Positions 23,333 through 35,831 of a stretch of DNA of 64,000 nucleotides are shown one piece after another. A program made the position numbers and the translations under genes. The first letter of the stretch is position 1. Every line of letters starts with the position of its first letter. Location of the stretch: the NCBI GenBank assembly GCA_034226945.1, contig CP120457.1:744001-808000 (forward strand), read 5' to 3'. A model generated the notes under the pieces. That model was not told where the DNA came from, made no database searches, and saw only the letters and a program-made list of their open reading frames with translations. The DNA is from Picochlorum sp. SENEW3 (taxonomy: Eukaryota).

Positions 23333-24078
23333 TTCTTTCTCTTTTGTTTGTCTGAATGCACAAAGTTCCAATGAACTGTATGAATGATCAACACTTGTGG
23401 GCGGTTGATAGTATTCAAGTAAAATTTTTGTGTCGCAGAGTGTCAGAATCCACGGAATTTGTACCCAACCGATTATATTGGTCCAACGAACTGTAAACAA
23501 CGGAAGATCGACATTGACATCTCTGGCCGGTCAAACAAGGGCTCTGACAGGTGTGACGATGGGTGCATCAGCTCCTCGGAACTCCGACCTCTCATCCCCA
23601 TGCAACGTATCTTGCCTAGGATTTACAAACCGATCGTTTCAATGCCGCAATGGACACCACAGATAGTTCGACACCCTTTCTGAGCATCAATGTGTAGTAG
23701 ATTGGACCAGTAGCATTGGAACGGGTCCTGTACAGAGAGTCCCTGACAGCGGGAACTTCCGATGGGCTCGTAACAAGCCTTCCTACAATACAACCCCGTC
23801 GACCGGAGACAAGAGCAGTGCACACCTAGGTGTTGAGCAACGACGCGTGAATGGCGCATCGTCCCCCATAGTCTCCATGGCGCTGTAATCAACCACCAAG
23901 ATCATCTCTTTACTAAACAAATTCGAGCTTTGTGGGATTTAAAGCCATTGTTCCGACGTCGCAGGTACTTGGGTGAACAACTTCCCAGAGAGATCGCCCA
24001 CAACCTAGAAAGCCAAAGAGTAGTTATAGACCATTATTGACGCCGAAACATTTGCTATAAGAGGTCTAAAAGTGTGAT

Positions 24079-26311
24079 ATGGTAGGTAGTACACAAAAAT
24101 ACAGCGAAAGAAGGGCAATGATGAATGAGTGCGTTAACGACTTGCGTGTGTGCAGGAGCGACTCCAGGCCAGCAAGTATTGTTGGATACTGGCCATTCTT
24201 ATCGCACAATGCACGCTATATGTGCAATCGTGCAAGAGTACATCGCATTTATTCACTAGTGATATGACTCAATGCACGATATTTTGTGAGGAGAAGATTG
24301 TAGGAGTGGAAGACAAGGCTACTGTCACTCCAGAGTTGTATGACTTTGAGGCCGCCCAGTGCTGTAGATGTAACTACGAAAAGCTGAAAAAGGAAGATGA
24401 TGAAGATTCATATGAAGCACCAGATGCATACGAAGCACCAGATGCGGTGCCCTTACCTGAGCCTGAGCCTGAATCGGACCCTGAACCAGAGCCTGAACCA
24501 GAACCCAAGCCTAATCCTACTCCTGTGGCCTCAGAACCAGCCCTCGACCCAGCAACATTTACTTCACCAAGTTGGAAACAAATGAACCAAGCAATTGATA
24601 TTTCCTATGTTCCACCTGTCAACACAGGCGAAGAGATGAACTATGCTGTGTTACAGGTGATTGGAATGCCTTGGAAACTGCCTTTGACAGAGCAAATAGT
24701 TGAAGCTTTTGTATATGCCATGAGTAATGCGACAGGAATGGCTTGGTTTTACAGGGGAGCGATGGTACGTTGACAACGATCCTTATGAAAATGTCTAGGT
24801 TTGTCGGAATTGAGAAAGTTTTCATTTTGCAGCCGTCGGTTCCTGACATGGTCCCATCATCTCCAGAAGGGGTCCCCCCACTAAAAGACCTTGATTTACC
24901 CACAGCACCTGCCCCACCACCTCCTGCACCGGTCCCTGTTGAAGCCAATCCAGTGGAAACAAACGTTGAAGATGCTCCTGCACCAGAGGTGGTGGTAGCT
25001 GTATCTCCATTGAGTGCCAGGAGAAGCATTTTGTCAGAGCCTAGCAGAAGAGGTGGAAGAAGAGAGGCCAGGAAAATGCTGCAGCAAGAGGACTACACGA
25101 GGGACTATAGCGAACCCACATATGATTATGAATATGATCCATACCAGGTCAACTATGGCGAGATAAATGGAAACTTGTCACCAGATCCATATGCATACTC
25201 ATCGCCAGATCCATATGCATACTCATCGCCAGATCCATATGCATACTCATCACCAGATCCGTATGCATACTCATCGCCAGATCCGTATGCGTACTCATCA
25301 CCAGATCCATATGCCGTGCCGTCTCCGGATCCATATGCCATGCCACCGCCGGTTTTACTCCCATCTCCTCCACCCCCTCCACCAGCTCTGCCACCACCAC
25401 CACCTCCACCATCTCCACCTCCGCCTCCGCCTCCTTCTGTTGAACTTCCTTCTAATACAAATGGAATTTGGTATTTTGGTACGTCATTATTAGTAAGTGT
25501 CTCAAAGAGGACATATTTTGAGCCTTGACATTATTTTGGTTTGTTTGCAGCTGAACATCCCCTAGACAAAACTCAGGCAGAACTTGTAAAAAAAGCATTG
25601 GAATCGGCGACAGGAGAAGCTCTCATGAAGGAATCCCTAGAAAAGTCTGGAATATCCTCAGTTCAGGTCATTCAGACCAGGTTCGTGGGACCAGAGAAGG
25701 ATGGGGTGCTTGATGTGACCAAGAAATTGGACTTGGACCAACTTGTTGGTACTGAGGCAAGTAACGAGGAATCCTCTACAGAAGATTCTGGAATTGATGG
25801 CACAACAATTGGAATCATTGTAGGTTGCGTCGCAGGCGGAATCGCCTTGATTGCAGTAGTCATCACACTGCTGCTCTCCTACAACCGGCGAAGTCAAAAG
25901 AAGGATAAGGACGGCCTTACAAATCAGTGGAAATTAGAAAGAGAACTCGCCGAGGCTGAAAGAATGAAATTAGATCAAGAGAATAGGCCATCACTCCACG
26001 GTAGTTTACGATGGACGGCCAGTCAAAGTTCAGGTTACATGACAATGTCTCGTGAAGAGCTGGATAGGAAACGTGAGTTGAGGAAAGAGGATTCCCTGGC
26101 TGCTTCCAGAAGATTATCGAGTCCTCCTTCTTTAGACCGAAGTCCTAAACCTAGTCGATTGGAAAGTATGAGAAATGCTCTGGGATTGGGTAAATCGACC
26201 AATGCGAGCCCGGAAAAGGATCAGAGCAGTATCACGTTTGGTTCACCCACCAGTGCAGCGGATGAGGCTGATGTGGAGAGCAAGAGAAAATGGAATGTTT
26301 TCAAGAAGTAG
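24079..26311 (+). CDS. Proline-rich (HRGP/extensin-like) single-pass membrane protein; about 4 exons, first exon probably only ATG
   Basis: ATG|GTAGGT...GCAG; signal peptide; (PE)n, SPPPP runs and SPDPYAYS repeats; TM IGIIVGCVAGGIALIAVVITLLL. Confidence 0.72.
25178..25345 (+). repeat. Coding tandem repeat, 24-bp unit x7 (SPDPYAYS)
   Basis: tcaccagatccatatgcatactca-like units; last two diverge (SPDPYAVP, SPDPYAMP). Confidence 0.95.
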
Positions 26312-26378
26312 GCATCTTAATTATTATATTTGAGTTTCTTTCGTTTTGAATTTTACGTTTGTCTTGGTAAAAAACCGC

Positions 26379-27433
26379 ATGATCGTGTTGAGAAGTGTGG
26401 TTCGACCAGCCCAAGCAAAGACACAAGGACGGCATTTCCACGGATTAAGGACCCAAAAAGGTACATTTCGATTCATATACTCCATCCAACTGTATGATCA
26501 TGTGACAATGCGGTTGATCTGTGATAATATGGTGTAGCCTTGCATGTTTGCTTTGGGACCTCCGTGAACATTTTAGACGTTAGTCCGACTCCTGGAGACC
26601 TATTGGCAGTACAACATCGAGATGGTAAGTATCTATTTCTTGAAGCAGTCAAGGGGAAGAAAAATGCGCTGAAATTCGTGTGCCAAGGCGAACTGCTTGA
26701 ACTCAGACAAGGTGAGTTTGTTTCCAACGGTTATTATCCACGATTGTCAGAGTCATGGGTGAAAAAGACGCCAACTTTAGTCGAATCTCTTGAGATTGTT
26801 AGAAAAGCGCAGAAGGGGGATGTCTCTCCTTTGGAATTGCTTCAGAGAAGTTCCATTGAAGATGTTGAACTTGTTACATGTCTGCCAGAGTTTGAGAAAA
26901 TGGTGGAGCAGAATCCTGCTCAATGGTGTGATGGCACAGGGCCACATGACGAGCCACTCGACGAGATGGATCAAAATCTTTTGACCGCTGGTGAATTGAT
27001 TGCATTTTCAAAAGGATACAGGGGAGTGTGTTTGCTACAGACATCTTTTCCTATTGACACAACAGAAACTAGACTTCCTCTGTTGCGTCCATTTGTTCTG
27101 ACATTATTACGGAGCATGGTCGAGTCGAAGGACTTGGTGGTTTGTTCCTCTAGCGCTGCAAAAGGAGCTGCCACATCACTGGTGATTTCTGCCAAGCGTC
27201 AACCATTCAAAGCATGGGGTGCATATTTGGCCTCAATTGGAGCACAAGCTTCAGTTGTTGCTGAAAGTGAATTTTACAAGCTCATGATTGGCAGGATGAT
27301 GGGATATAAAGAAGAGAACATTGAGCATCATATTGCATCTAATGGTGGTATATTGACGGCCAAAGTACGTAACCTTGTGGACTTGGAGATGAAAGAGTTG
27401 AGTGATGCCAACCCTAGTATTCCTTGGAGATGA
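26379..27433 (+). CDS. Hypothetical protein, probably organelle-targeted; 2 exons
   Basis: Transit-like exon MIVLRSVVRPAQ... then a 297-aa ORF; GT-AG intron about 26461-26537. Confidence 0.6.
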
Positions 27434-27441
27434 TGAGTGTT

Positions 27442-28871
27442 TTATTCTTCCTGTCTGACAAACCTTGCTTTTTTCCTCGATTGCAATTCATCGTCACGGT
27501 CATGAATAAGGCGTTTTTGAACTGCTGATAATGTTAAGCGCTTCAGAAGAGCATAGTCTGGTTTGTTTGTATGCTCTGTCTCCTTGCAATGCTTCAGCCA
27601 TCTTGCCATGTACCCAGGCAAGTATCCTGCATGCAGCTATTTAATTATTTATTCGTAGTTTGATGTTTAATGAAACCTCATACCATTCTCAAACAACCCT
27701 TTTAGCACTTCCTCTCTGTTCCAAACTTCACTTTCTAATTCTAAGCGGAAATCTGACCGATTCATACTCGACCAGCAAGTGTCAGAGGGAAACTTTTCCC
27801 ACGGCACAGATTCTAATTCCATCACGATAATGGAGTATACAAGACTCTCTAAATCATCTGCTGGACCGGTCGGAAGTCCTAGAAGCTGTCGATCGCTTGC
27901 AAATGGGATAGTACCACAAAATTTCCATGAACCAGTATCAACAGAGCACGCTTCAATAGATTGTACCAGCCCATAATCTATCAGGACAACTTCTTCTTCT
28001 CGTCCTTGTCTCCTTCGGATCATAAAGTTCTGCAACAGGTATGGCTTTTGGTTCGAGTTTTAGAGACATCCACGCATGACAGACAGTCGCACCTCTGGCT
28101 TCACATCTCTGTGAAGATGCCCCAGTTCATGCAAGGATTCCAAAGCATCAATCATCTGGACATACATCTTTCCACGATCCAGATTTGTTGAATCAGGAGG
28201 TACGTCGACCAGAGAGGCATCCAATAATTCCATAGACATCCTGTACATATGTGGGTGGGCGTGAGTGGGTGACTGAGGTATTCACGTGGAGCCCTCATGC
28301 ATGAGCGACGTTGGGATGCAAGACAAAACATACCATGGAACCCTCTGCGAATCTACAATAAACATGCCAGATCCATAGAACTCTGGCATCCATTTCCGAC
28401 GAGAATTCACCTGCTGAATACTTTTTAAAAACTGTCCCTCTCTCTCGAAGGCAGCCCTGCACTCGGACAACAACAGTATGCTCACACCATGCAAACACCC
28501 ATGCAACAATAATGGCATGCAGACACGCACAATGAGAAGTGCTCGTGAAAACGGTCGGGGGAGAGCATTTTCACCGCTACTGCGGCATTACTTTCCACAA
28601 GTGTCGATTCAAAAACGACACCATAACCTCCCTCTCCACAAATCCTTAGAGTCCCAGTGCAGAAAGGGAGTCTGCTCGTATTACCCTCCAACTCTGTGGA
28701 TTCTATCACCAAGTGCCCCTCGTCATATCTCCTCAATAGTTTATTTACTTTTATCACCAATCTGTCATCATCGTCGCCAACGGCGCGCGTACCACGCCCG
28801 TCTTTCGCACCTGGCTCCTCTTGTCGTGGCCAACCACCTAAAGCGCCCATCTTACTCCCCACTATTCCCAT
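27442..28871 (-). CDS. Ser/Thr protein kinase, CK1/TTBK/VRK-like; multi-exon
   Basis: GEGGYGVV; VAVK; HRDVKPE|NF; LIDYGL; FCGTIPFAS; DDLESLVY; final exon KPDYALLK ending in TAA at 27442. Confidence 0.85.
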
Positions 28872-29104
28872 CGATATACACCTTTTCCGTATTATTTATA
28901 TATTAATTAATACCTATATAATATAGATACCGGCACCTCTTGTCAACCTCAATGGTATCGAAGAATGGAATGGCGCTCCATGCTTGCATGAAGCCAACTG
29001 CCCTTGCGACATCGGACCTTGACCCACACAAATACATACTCTCTATGACGTGACATACGCAATTATTACATTAATTACAACAACATCGTGTACACACAAT
29101 GCAT

Positions 29105-29698
29105 TTATCCCTGGAAGGAACAGTTCGGATACGCTTGCATCGCATCCGTTACCGAAGGTCTCTCATCTCTCTGCCAATAGTTAATCACCTCTGTACATGT
29201 ATTTAATAACACAATCTTCTCCTGGTTACTGATCCAGTCCCGTTGCTCCAGAGCTTGCCGAAGCTCTTCCCAGGCATCTTCGCCAGGCCAAAAGAAATAC
29301 TCTGTCACAGGGCTTCTGTGCCTTCCTTTCCCAAAGACTTGATCGACAGATACTGCCAAATTCTTATCCAACCATAAGAAATTCAGAGAATATTCTGCAG
29401 TTTCGGGACTTGACGACTCTTGCTTAGTCTCGGGAATTCCTGCCGACTCCGCATGATCTTCAGCTGATTTGATCCTCGTATTCTGGTAGCGTTCTTTTGA
29501 ATTAAAGAATTCAACTCCTCTTACAGATGTTGCAATGCAACAATGCGTGAGTCTGCTACGAACAACTGGTCCATGCTGCTGCACATGATATACAGTACTC
29601 AGGCGCAGGCTTGATATGACTGCTGCTATATATGAGAAATTACATACCACTGTACGAGATGCTTGTTGTGTGCTCCTACAAGAGCGAATTCCGAGCAT
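29105..29698 (-). CDS. PSRP3: Plastid-specific 30S ribosomal protein 3 (Ycf65)
   Basis: LNFLWLDKNLAVSVDQV...SPVTEYFFWP..DAWEEL; transit peptide. Confidence 0.9.
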   Translation of the reverse strand: MLGIRSCRSTQQASRTVVCNFSYIAAVISSLRLSTVYHVQQHGPVVRSRLTHCCIATSVRGVEFFNSKERYQNTRIKSAEDHAESAGIPETKQESSSPETAEYSLNFLWLDKNLAVSVDQVFGKGRHRSPVTEYFFWPGEDAWEELRQALEQRDWISNQEKIVLLNTCTEVINYWQRDERPSVTDAMQAYPNCSFQG

Positions 29699-30105
29699 TT
29701 GAGTTTTGAATAGGGTCTTTCGAGTCGATGGAATGCACCTGAACTTGCTGTATCTTATTATTCTCCTGGTATATTCTTATTATTGTATTCTCCAATGTGT
29801 TGTTCTTAGATGAGTCAAAATTTCTGACCGGATGGATGTATCAACGTGACGTATGAAGCAGATTCCTCCAACCAGCTGGTGCCTGCAGGCAAGATGATGC
29901 AGACATTGAGCTGGAGGGATCCTCATCCCACAGATCTGTTTCATGCCAATCTGATCAGGCTGATGCAGTCGTTATATATTGAATTTGATCATTATACTGT
30001 GGCCATCTGGTGTGTTGTGCAGTGTTGTATGACTGTGCCTGCGCTTCGCTGAGGGCCTTACAACTCGACTACACCTTCGGATTTGCACGTTGGAAAAATA
30101 ATACT

Positions 30106-31138
30106 ATGGCGACATTGGAATTCTTTAATAGAACAATTATTCAATGCCATCGGTCGAACAAGGTGTCGTTGGGACGGCGACGGGGAGGGAAGGGAGTTGT
30201 GCTACAGACTACTAGGCTGCGTGCAGTGGACCACAGGAACGTGGATGATGAGGTAGTGAGCGTCATTCAGCCTGTGTGTAAGGACAGTTGTGAGGTGGGT
30301 GGTATGGTGGGTGGCGATGATGGTGTTACTGATCATGAGATGAGAATTCTAATACATGCAGGTGCAGGGGGAGGGGGAAAAGCATGGCCTTGCCATGTAT
30401 AGTCTGGCACCGCTGTTGGTAGCAGTATCGTGTCCATTGGCAGCACATTCTGCTGATTTGTCTCTCGGAGCTACTATAATTCCCGGCATTGTGGGCGACT
30501 CTCCCTTTCGAGAGGGTCTGGTTTCAGCATTCCTTTTGATCTTTTTTTCTGAAATAGGAGATAAAACATTCTTTATAGCGCTTTTATTAGCATTACAAAG
30601 GCCTAAAGGAGTTGTATTCACCGGGACATTTGGTGCATTAGCAATAATGACTGTCATATCTGTTGGACTTGGTAGGGTTCTTCATGGGATTGATGATTTG
30701 TTCCCAGACGTAGGTTTTCCCATAGATGATGCGCTTGCAGTTGCTTTGCTTGTATTCTTTGGAGTTCAAACCCTAGCAAATGCAGCAGAGGCGGATGAGA
30801 CTGCAGAGGAGGAGAAGGAGGAGGCCAAGGAAGTTGTAGAAGGGATGAGCCAGGAGTATCAAGTGATTAGTCTAGTGATTTCAACATTCGCATTGGTGTT
30901 TGCTGCTGAGTGGGGAGATAAATCGTTTTTAGCAACGATTGCACTCGCTGCAGCCTCAGACCCGTTGGGTGTCATTGCTGGAGCAGTCACAGGTCATGGA
31001 GTTGCCACAGTGATTGCCGTTCTTGGTGGATCATTTTTGAGCAAATATCTTTCTGAAAAGACTGTACAATATGTTGGTGGAAGTCTATTTTTGGTGTTTG
31101 CCGCTGCCACATTGCTCGATATTGTACGTGGTGTATGA
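30106..31138 (+). CDS. GDT1/UPF0016 Mn2+/Ca2+ transporter, plastid PAM71-like; 2 exons
   Basis: Two signature motifs SEIGDKTF and AEWGDKSF; acidic central loop; transit-peptide exon. Confidence 0.9.
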
Positions 31139-31157
31139 TTTCAAAAAAAGTACAAAC

Positions 31158-32354
31158 CTATCTGAATAAAGGTACAAACAAATATTCGGCGTAAAACGCC
31201 TTCCACACATCCATGTAACAATTATAAATGCTTGTTGGATCCCTCAAATCAGTCTGATGTGCCCGTGACCATAGAAACAAGGACATGAGTCCGTGCAGAG
31301 CGATACTTACCAACTTCGTGGCCCCCTCCATGTATGCTATCGAATAACCTATGGATGACATGTACGCTAGTTCTAACAAAGTAATACAGGTCCAAAACAC
31401 TCTTTTCGGACCGAGGCGAACGGTAAATGTTTTGACACCAGCCTGTCCATCACCATCCATGTCAGGAATATCTTTGAACATGGCAATGACAATCGAGAAT
31501 ACAAACATGAACATGGTCGCGAATAACAGAGACCTTTCAGCTAAAATATCGTGCAGCCCTATGTTATTCTGTATGATTCCTGTAGATTGACACAGCTTCA
31601 TATGGAAAAAAAAACCAAATTGGACAAGGACAGCCCTAACAGAAAGAATGCATGCAGCTGCAACTGCAGGGTATTTTTTCCATCTCATGAGTGGTAAATC
31701 GATAGAATAAAGTATTCCCAGAAGCAAACTTCCCGATAGGGTGAGTATGAGAGGTTGTGATTGTGCCAAGGCTCCGAGGGCTAGAGAAACAAATCCTGAA
31801 CTCCCTACAATCCACCAAGCTGTATCTACTCGCAATTCTCCCGAGGCAAGTGGCAAATATGGCTTATTTATCTTATCTATCTCTATATCATAAATTTGAT
31901 TTAATCCAACTATGCAAATATTCATTAGAAGAGCAGGCACAAGTGCTTTCGCAACATGTTTGACTGCATCAAACAGAGGCACACCAGTATTGCACCCGAG
32001 AAGTGATATCGAAATCACGGAAACTAGCGTCCCCAACATTGTATGGGGTCTAGAGAACTTGTATATAGAGGACAGTAAGCCTATCAGGGAGCGATCATCA
32101 CCTGGAGTCGCAAACTCCGAGGAGTATCTAGTTGTTGACTTGCAGGGCCAGTATGCTGTAAATGGTCCTTTCTCATGGCCCCATCGTTCTCCCCTCTCGA
32201 ACTTTTCCCATTGCATTGCAGGGTATTTCGTCTTCCCAAAACTCCAAGCGAATGACGATGATTGCATTTTTGCCCCCGCATAGGACGCTCTCTGCCTTAA
32301 ACTCCTGCTGGGCATATCCAGGCCAGCTGGAATCAGTGATAGCGTTGAAGCCAT
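31158..32354 (-). CDS. VTE2: Homogentisate phytyltransferase (UbiA family, tocopherol synthesis)
   Basis: FSRPHT; NQIYDIEIDKINKPYLPLASGE; KDIPDMDGD; WKAFYAEY. Confidence 0.88.
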   Translation of the reverse strand: MASTLSLIPAGLDMPSRSLRQRASYAGAKMQSSSFAWSFGKTKYPAMQWEKFERGERWGHEKGPFTAYWPCKSTTRYSSEFATPGDDRSLIGLLSSIYKFSRPHTMLGTLVSVISISLLGCNTGVPLFDAVKHVAKALVPALLMNICIVGLNQIYDIEIDKINKPYLPLASGELRVDTAWWIVGSSGFVSLALGALAQSQPLILTLSGSLLLGILYSIDLPLMRWKKYPAVAAACILSVRAVLVQFGFFFHMKLCQSTGIIQNNIGLHDILAERSLLFATMFMFVFSIVIAMFKDIPDMDGDGQAGVKTFTVRLGPKRVFWTCITLLELAYMSSIGYSIAYMEGATKLVSIALHGLMSLFLWSRAHQTDLRDPTSIYNCYMDVWKAFYAEYLFVPLFR

Positions 32355-33088
32355 GATCCAGCGTTCAAGTCAATCGAATTTTGTGATGCTGGCAGTACTA
32401 TTCAATTACCATGGATGTCTTAACCGGAAGAACAACAATCCCAAAGGAAACGGTCGGCCTTCTTGCACGAGAACCGATCAGCCCCCCTATCCCACCTCCC
32501 GATAATGGCGTGTAACTACAGTATCAAATAAGTTAAGTTACTTTGGATGATGCACGAGGAGGGCCGAATATGTCAGCCGTGATTTGCACTGATCCGAGCC
32601 CGAACACTGCCCAGTCAGATCAATGCCATGACCGGCCGGTCTGCACGTGGCGCCACGATGATGCATCATGATCATGACGGATCACTATTCTGAGACCATT
32701 CAGACGGGCGAGTTAAACTACAGGAATCGCTCACAGCTGTAGAAAGGCGTCTAGGTCTACGAACTTCTGATATGTGCATATTTGCCTACGATGCATCCAC
32801 ACATGCCATCACATGCTAACGTCGTGAGATCTTTGGCCAAGCAATCCCCATCTCCTTCAGACCCATACGGTCCAGAGTGTTCTTCGATGGGCCAATGCAT
32901 ATCGCTTCCAATGTGTACTGACAAGGCAAGTGCGCCCGTTTGAGATCTGGGATACGGATAGCGTCGACAGCAATACTCCGACATCTGCATGTACTTCCCT
33001 GCACGTTTTCACAGCATCCACTAGCGATTATAATCTCAGTAGCATCTGATTTACAGTTCATCAGCTCCACGCATTTTGGATTTGAAGC

Positions 33089-34120
33089 ATGGCGGCGACA
33101 AACGAACACGAAGGGTCTAACGTGGTTTCCGGTTTCGTGAACCAGCTTCCGTTCAGTGTTAAAGCTTCTGTGGCAGAGTTAATTGCCACTGCAATTTTTG
33201 TGTATATTGGGACAGGTACGTCGCCCTCGGTTTGAAGTTTGGGAGACGCGATACATGACGACGTACGGTAACGCACTGCAGGTACTGCAACAACGTTTGG
33301 GTCCAGAATCGATCCTGAAACAGGTTATACCGATGAATCTTTGAATACTACTGACCTTGTTGAGACCGCCCAAGGTCAGTCAAATGTCGAGGTTGAGGTT
33401 TTGGCTCTCGGAGAGCAATTGACACAGCTTGGTCAGACAATGAAGATCACGGCATCCTGGGGGGTCACGACAGCACTTGCATTCGGTTTTTCGATTACAG
33501 TCCTCGCATATGCGACTTCTCATATTTCAGGCGGACAGCTTAACCCAGCAGTCACTTTTTCGTTGGCCTTGGTGAGATCAATTCCTATTTCCCAAGCAAT
33601 TGCAAACACTGTTGCTCAGATTGTGGGAGCTATTTTGGGATCAGGTTTCCTTTACGGCACAATTCCCGAGGGGAACGAGAATACTCTAGGAAGCAATATA
33701 ATCTCTCCTGGTGTAGGATTTGGTAATGCACTCTTGGGTGAAATTGTAATGACTACAGTACTATGCATGGTTGTACTCGAGACTGGAAGAAACAAGCATA
33801 GTGCAATATCCAAGAGTTTTGCTCCTCTTGCTATCGGTTTTGCAGTTTTCTGCGCCCATGCAGTACTGCTTCCTATTGATGGATGCTCAATCAACCCAGC
33901 TCGCTCTCTTGGCCCAGCCATTGTAACCAGTACCTGGCCTTCCAATTTTTGGGTTTTCATTGTTGGACCATACATCGGGGCATTTTGTGCCATCTTCCCA
34001 TACTTGTTCTTTGGATGGGACTTTGAGATTGAGAAGTATCAGGACCCTATCAATATCAGGACTTTGATTGGGAAGACAAAGAAGACTTTGACATCTTTCA
34101 CTGGCAGTGAAGATGTGTAA
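33089..34120 (+). CDS. Aquaporin (MIP family); 2 exons (intron 33216-33281)
   Basis: AELIATAIFVYIG in exon 1; SGGQLNPAVT and INPARSLGPA NPA boxes. Confidence 0.92.
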
Positions 34121-34325
34121 GTACAGATGTGCCACTCTGGTGTGTTTCAGCACAGGGTTTTACACAAGGCCGGTATAAATGGTGTGTGTAAATTTTGGAG
34201 AGATTTATGTGTCCATGACCTATCTATATGAACAGTGGAATCAGAGAGAGAGATGCAGAAAATTCTTATGGAAGATTGTGTTTGAGAGAGAAGTTTACAT
34301 TGCTTGTTACTTCAAGTAAGACTGT

Positions 34326-35477
34326 TCATCTTTTTCTTCTTCTCCTTTTATTCTTTCCAATGGAATCCTCCACGCCCCTCCAATCGGTATGACACGGCAA
34401 GGAAACCCAATCTTCCCAAGATTTCAAGGGTAGATCTTTGTCCTTACTGGTACCATTACTAACACACTTCTTGCTCTTCTTCCTGTGACTTTTGGTATCA
34501 CCTATCCGAATAAATTCAGTCTTTCTTTGACCTAGAGATGGCACTGCCTCGCGAACTTGAATCTTCTCCAAATTCTCTGAATTTTGGACGGCATGTTTAA
34601 CTTCATTCTTCTGCACGCCGTCTGCTCCTCTGGACGGACCATTCTCTTCCGATACCATGCCCAACATAGGCACACTAGATGTTTCGAAAGCGGGAGCGAT
34701 ATCTTCAGCCTGGGTGTCAGCAACACCTTTGTCTGTGTCACAGATGATATGCATTAGATCTTCCCGCCGAACTGGCAACCCACGGTCTTCTGTGACGACA
34801 CAACCGGGATCCATGCCTGGGGATGAATGTCCGTCTGGCCCTGAAATATATAAACCAAGTAAGTTTCTATCCTTCATGCCCTCTAATCTCGAATTCATCC
34901 GTAGCCCTGGTACTTGCCCGTTTTGAACACTGCACAACACATGATCTGGCAGTTGCTCCACATCAATTCCACACCCATTACTTGGACTCTCTCTACTCGG
35001 TAAATATTGTATCACATGTACAAAGGAATTGTACTCGTTGCATTTCTGTCGCAAAAGAGAAACAGATAGTAACTGTATCCTAGCGCTGACTGCCAAACAT
35101 GCAACAGAGAGAGGCATAAAAAATGATTGTGCCAACTGAACACAGCACTGTTTCGCAGCCTTAAAACACGCTTGTATTACTGAAACAAGCAACTGACATT
35201 GACCTAGAATGCATTCCAATCGCTTGATACCAGATTCAACACAAGGAACCTGCCTCTCACAAACAGACATGACAGGCATTGATGCCTTCTTCAGGGCAAC
35301 ATACACTGACACGCTCTCCTCAACAATGCTACATACTCGTACTATCAAGCGGAAAACATGCTCCATCTTTTTATAAAATAATAACGCGACATGCTGATCC
35401 CTATTCCTTCTCAACACCCTTCTCAGCAAGTCAACCTCCTGTCGCAGCAATGGTCCCTCCTCCTCCACCTGCATCAC
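34326..35477 (-). CDS. NEPRO/Rmp1-like (DUF4477) protein
   Basis: LRRVLRRNRDQH...FYKKM and QLAQSFFMPLSVACLAVSARI pattern; basic C-terminal NLS-like tail. Confidence 0.6.
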   Translation of the reverse strand: MMQVEEEGPLLRQEVDLLRRVLRRNRDQHVALLFYKKMEHVFRLIVRVCSIVEESVSVYVALKKASMPVMSVCERQVPCVESGIKRLECILGQCQLLVSVIQACFKAAKQCCVQLAQSFFMPLSVACLAVSARIQLLSVSLLRQKCNEYNSFVHVIQYLPSRESPSNGCGIDVEQLPDHVLCSVQNGQVPGLRMNSRLEGMKDRNLLGLYISGPDGHSSPGMDPGCVVTEDRGLPVRREDLMHIICDTDKGVADTQAEDIAPAFETSSVPMLGMVSEENGPSRGADGVQKNEVKHAVQNSENLEKIQVREAVPSLGQRKTEFIRIGDTKSHRKKSKKCVSNGTSKDKDLPLKSWEDWVSLPCHTDWRGVEDSIGKNKRRRRKR

Positions 35478-35831
35478 ACGTTTCTATATATACATCATTC
35501 AAACATATAAACGGACTTTGTCTGCTATTCAAAGGATCCGCACCCCCCGAATGCTCTGCATTTGAATGTGCATGAGATTCGTCCATTCCTGAGTGACCAT
35601 ACAATGAATCAAAGGTTCCTTTGCCATAGTAGGTACCTTAGATTACCATTATGTTCACAGCTTTGTATCATATTATATGTTTGAATCCAGGAAGAGGGCG
35701 TGTGTTTTTTAATCCTTAAACACCAATTTGAGGAGACATTCCTACATTTGTGATGATGATGATGAATCGTTGACACATAAAACCATGCAGCATGGCACCA
35801 ACACAAGTATTCTTACATATTTATAATCACA

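Noticed and set aside
23340..24070. Small ORFs or an ncRNA in the long divergent intergenic region
   Set aside because: No recognisable protein motif or conserved RNA box; treated as promoter/UTR
25178..25345. 24-bp repeats as a CRISPR array
   Set aside because: No unique spacers, in-frame coding repeat, eukaryotic context and no cas genes
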